DNA of 64,000 nucleotides, from contig OZ316894.1 in assembly GCA_973895155.1 (NCBI GenBank), positions 10,321,774 to 10,385,773 on the forward strand, written 5' to 3'. Numbering within the stretch: the stretch's first letter is position 1; every line of letters starts with the position of its first letter. The notes under the pieces are model-generated. The model was not told where the DNA came from and did no database searches. It saw only the letters and a program-made list of their open reading frames with translations. A program made the position numbers and the translations under genes. The stretch comes from Marsupella aquatica (taxonomy: Eukaryota; Plantae; Marchantiophyta). Positions 61,580 to 64,000 of this stretch are shown piece after piece.

Positions 61580-63850
61580 GGTCGGTCCAAAATTGTGTTC
61601 CAAGACAATCCCCTTCTCCCACATCTGGAAAATTGTCTCTTGAAGATCCCAAATTTCACCCGTTTGAAAAGCAATCTGGAACGTTGGGTCATGTTTGGCC
61701 ATGCTATCACAAACACGGGGAGTGTATTCCAACATACATTGCAGACAACAAGCTTAATTTGCAAACATCCTTGGTCGATCCTACATCCATTTCAACAAAG
61801 ATATTGTGGCACACACGAACTCTGTCAATATTAGTCATGTTCTTCCTATACTCCTGGTCATAATATATTGTGCTGAAAGCCCAACTTCTAGACCTCCGAT
61901 TTGGTAAGTCCTACGTATACCCAAGCTTCCAACTCACCATGAATTTTCTTCACTAGTACATATTAAGCTGATTTCCGATGCTCAATTTTTGCGAACAATC
62001 GGCGTCCGATTCTTTTAGCATCGGAAATTCCGATTATCACAAAATGGCAATATGCCATACTCTTGGCTTCGGATATCTTCATCACCGATATAATTGACAA
62101 CGGAACCTTTCCGATGCGTTAAAAAATGGATCATATCCGTTAGAAAACACATCGGATCCCTCAACAAAAACTTTGATTGATATGTCCAATGTTTTTTGTA
62201 ACGAAAATGATGTGCGTTACAATATTGATCGAAAAGTTCCGTAGTTAATAAGAACGGATATTATATCCGATTGTGCTAACATGGCAAAGTCCGATGCTGG
62301 GAGAATGGGAAAGTCCGATGCTGGGAGTATGGGAAAGTCCGATGCTGGGAGAATGGGAAAGTCTGGTTGTGGCAAAAAGACAAATTTTGATTGTGTTAGA
62401 ATGAAAAGTTTTGATGTGTTAGATGGGGTATGTGGTTGCACCGACATACTCTTCCCAAAAGATGCAATCATTCTTGCATGCATGAATAACTTTATACTTG
62501 AGGCAAATGGACTTGAGTGTTGTTTTTGCCTCCTTCCAAGACCCAACATATTGTTCCCTTAAGGAAATATGTGCTCAACATGCAACCAAGTCCAAAATAC
62601 ATCATCTAGAAGGAGATTGCTTCTCTCATGTAGTCTTTGTTGCAAGTCCAACAACAACATAGTTGATAAAAGATGAGACAATCAGGAGCCATTGATGCTA
62701 AGGCTTTGGAAGGACCAAAATATCATCAATAACTAATAAGCCATATTATATTATTATCGAATATTATCGACGAATGACCCCTGCCAAATTTCTATTGGTT
62801 TCTCCTAGGGGAATGTAACAGGGTAACTAGAATAGGTCACTTGATGCAAAGATCTAATCTCATGATAGAGAAAAATGGATCAAGAATGGGTCCAAATTAT
62901 GGGTCTTAGTAAATTCACAAGTGTATAAAATCCCCAAACACTCTAAGTCAAACAACAAAAGTGCTAAGCTTGCATGTACAATGTAAGGAATAAGAACCAC
63001 AAAGTTAAGCTCATGTTGGAGGAATAGCAATTGGGATGGGTGACCAATTAGTTGAGAAAATTTGAAGAGTTCACATGTCAAGGGAAATGGGCACCTAGCT
63101 CATATTTCCAAATGAAAGTAGAACCCAATTAAAGGATTGGAAGAGATGGGTGACCTGCATGTCGCGTCCGCTGAAATGCATATCCCATTTTGATTGCTTT
63201 GGACTTTCCCATTCTCCTAGCATCGGACTTTCCCATTCTTCTAGCATCGGACTTTCCCATTCTCTCACCATCGGACTTTCCCATTCTCCTAGCATCGGAC
63301 TTTCCCATTCTCCCACCATCGGACTTTCCGATAGAAGTCCGATTGTCGATATCCGATACTATTAAAATGGCATGTTGCAATGCTAGTAGTATCGGATGTA
63401 TGGTTTTTCAAAATTTATTTTACAAAGGCATCCGATGTGGAGAGAAACGGAAAAAGGAGGTAAAATGTACTAGTGCTTCCCATACATTTTATACAATTCG
63501 GCCTTTGCCCGAGCACCATGATTTCCTCCAATAATTCTATACTTCCATACTCTGGACTTTCCAATGTCCCAATCCTTGATTATGGGACAATCCTCCGGAT
63601 CCACACACAACACAAACGGTGCGCTAAAGTTAGTGGGGTTCTTCCTTAGAAGAATCTTGATATTCTCCACATGCAATTTGTCCACTGGTCTGATCAAAGT
63701 TGACTTCTCTCCAACTTCATCAAAAATTAATTTGTTGACATGCAAGAGGCAGTTGTCCTTTGAACCCTTCGCTGCATCAGTAGACTGAGCTCCGCTTTGA
63801 TGGCGTCAGTCTCATACATCGAAAGAGAAGTCTCCTCCTCTTCATCAATC
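61580..63850 (-). pseudogene. Element C ParB-like gene (third homologue), interrupted by a small CACTA
   Basis: LIRPVDKLHVENIKILL…YRIIGGNHGARA…YGK|KIHGELEAWVYVGLTKSEV*KLGFQHN…FQIAFQTGEIWDLQETIFQMWEKG, matching element A WILFAPEKLYSLWREVCNNWLKG. Confidence 0.75.
61951..63475. mobile_element. Small non-autonomous CACTA (1525 bp)
   Basis: Perfect 11-bp TIR CACTAGTACAT/ATGTACTAGTG, 3-bp TSD CTT, TCCGAT/ATCGGA subterminal repeats. Confidence 0.93.
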
Positions 63851-64000
63851 TAGAAAACACCGTTTGAAATTAGATTACAAAAGAAACAGCAAAATTTTTA
63901 TCGGAATCCTCATTCATCAATAGAAAATCAAAGTTTGGTAACACTTACTGATCGAATGGAAGGAACCTCGGCTTGTATATCCAAATGAGGCAAACGCTCA

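Noticed and set aside
61150-61580. Possible LTR or other insertion truncating the C ParB gene
   Set aside because: There is a TATA-like motif and a short duplication, but I could not define termini or a TSD.
62217-63534. ORFs with SDFPILPA / GKSDAGRM peptide repeats
   Set aside because: Translations of the 24-bp DNA repeats of a non-autonomous CACTA, open in several frames on both strands.

Overview
Eukaryotic, most likely non-seed land-plant DNA (inferred from spliceosomal introns, TTTAGGG-like repeats and a plant-type RPL18a). It is almost entirely nested transposons, and no intact host gene is visible. The main content is three related giant DNA elements (A, B, C). A and B carry a DDD transposase (HDKMD / QLDN..DNKN / GHTHEDVD motifs, Sola1/DUF7869-like) divergent from a large ParB-like plus DNA-methyltransferase-like gene, with an FCP1/NIF phosphatase and, in B, a Ulp1 SUMO protease. 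For C only the ParB-like gene and cargo ORFs are in the window. Each element has its own private palindrome: A CTACRCGAG-N-CTCGYGTAG, B CGGAACA-S-TGTTCCG, C CCGATAAATTTATCGG. Element A (6870-21621, TIRs, 2-bp AT TSD) splits the ParB gene of B, and B may itself sit inside C. Other insertions: a CACTA element whose first coding exon can splice in phase to either a SET domain or the transposase, two non-autonomous CACTAs (one with a ~575-bp satellite), a solo LTR, Helitrons, an intron-containing RPL18a pseudogene, Copia RT scraps and three copies of a MITE with 8-bp TSDs. All protein assignments come from motif recognition by eye; no database search was run.
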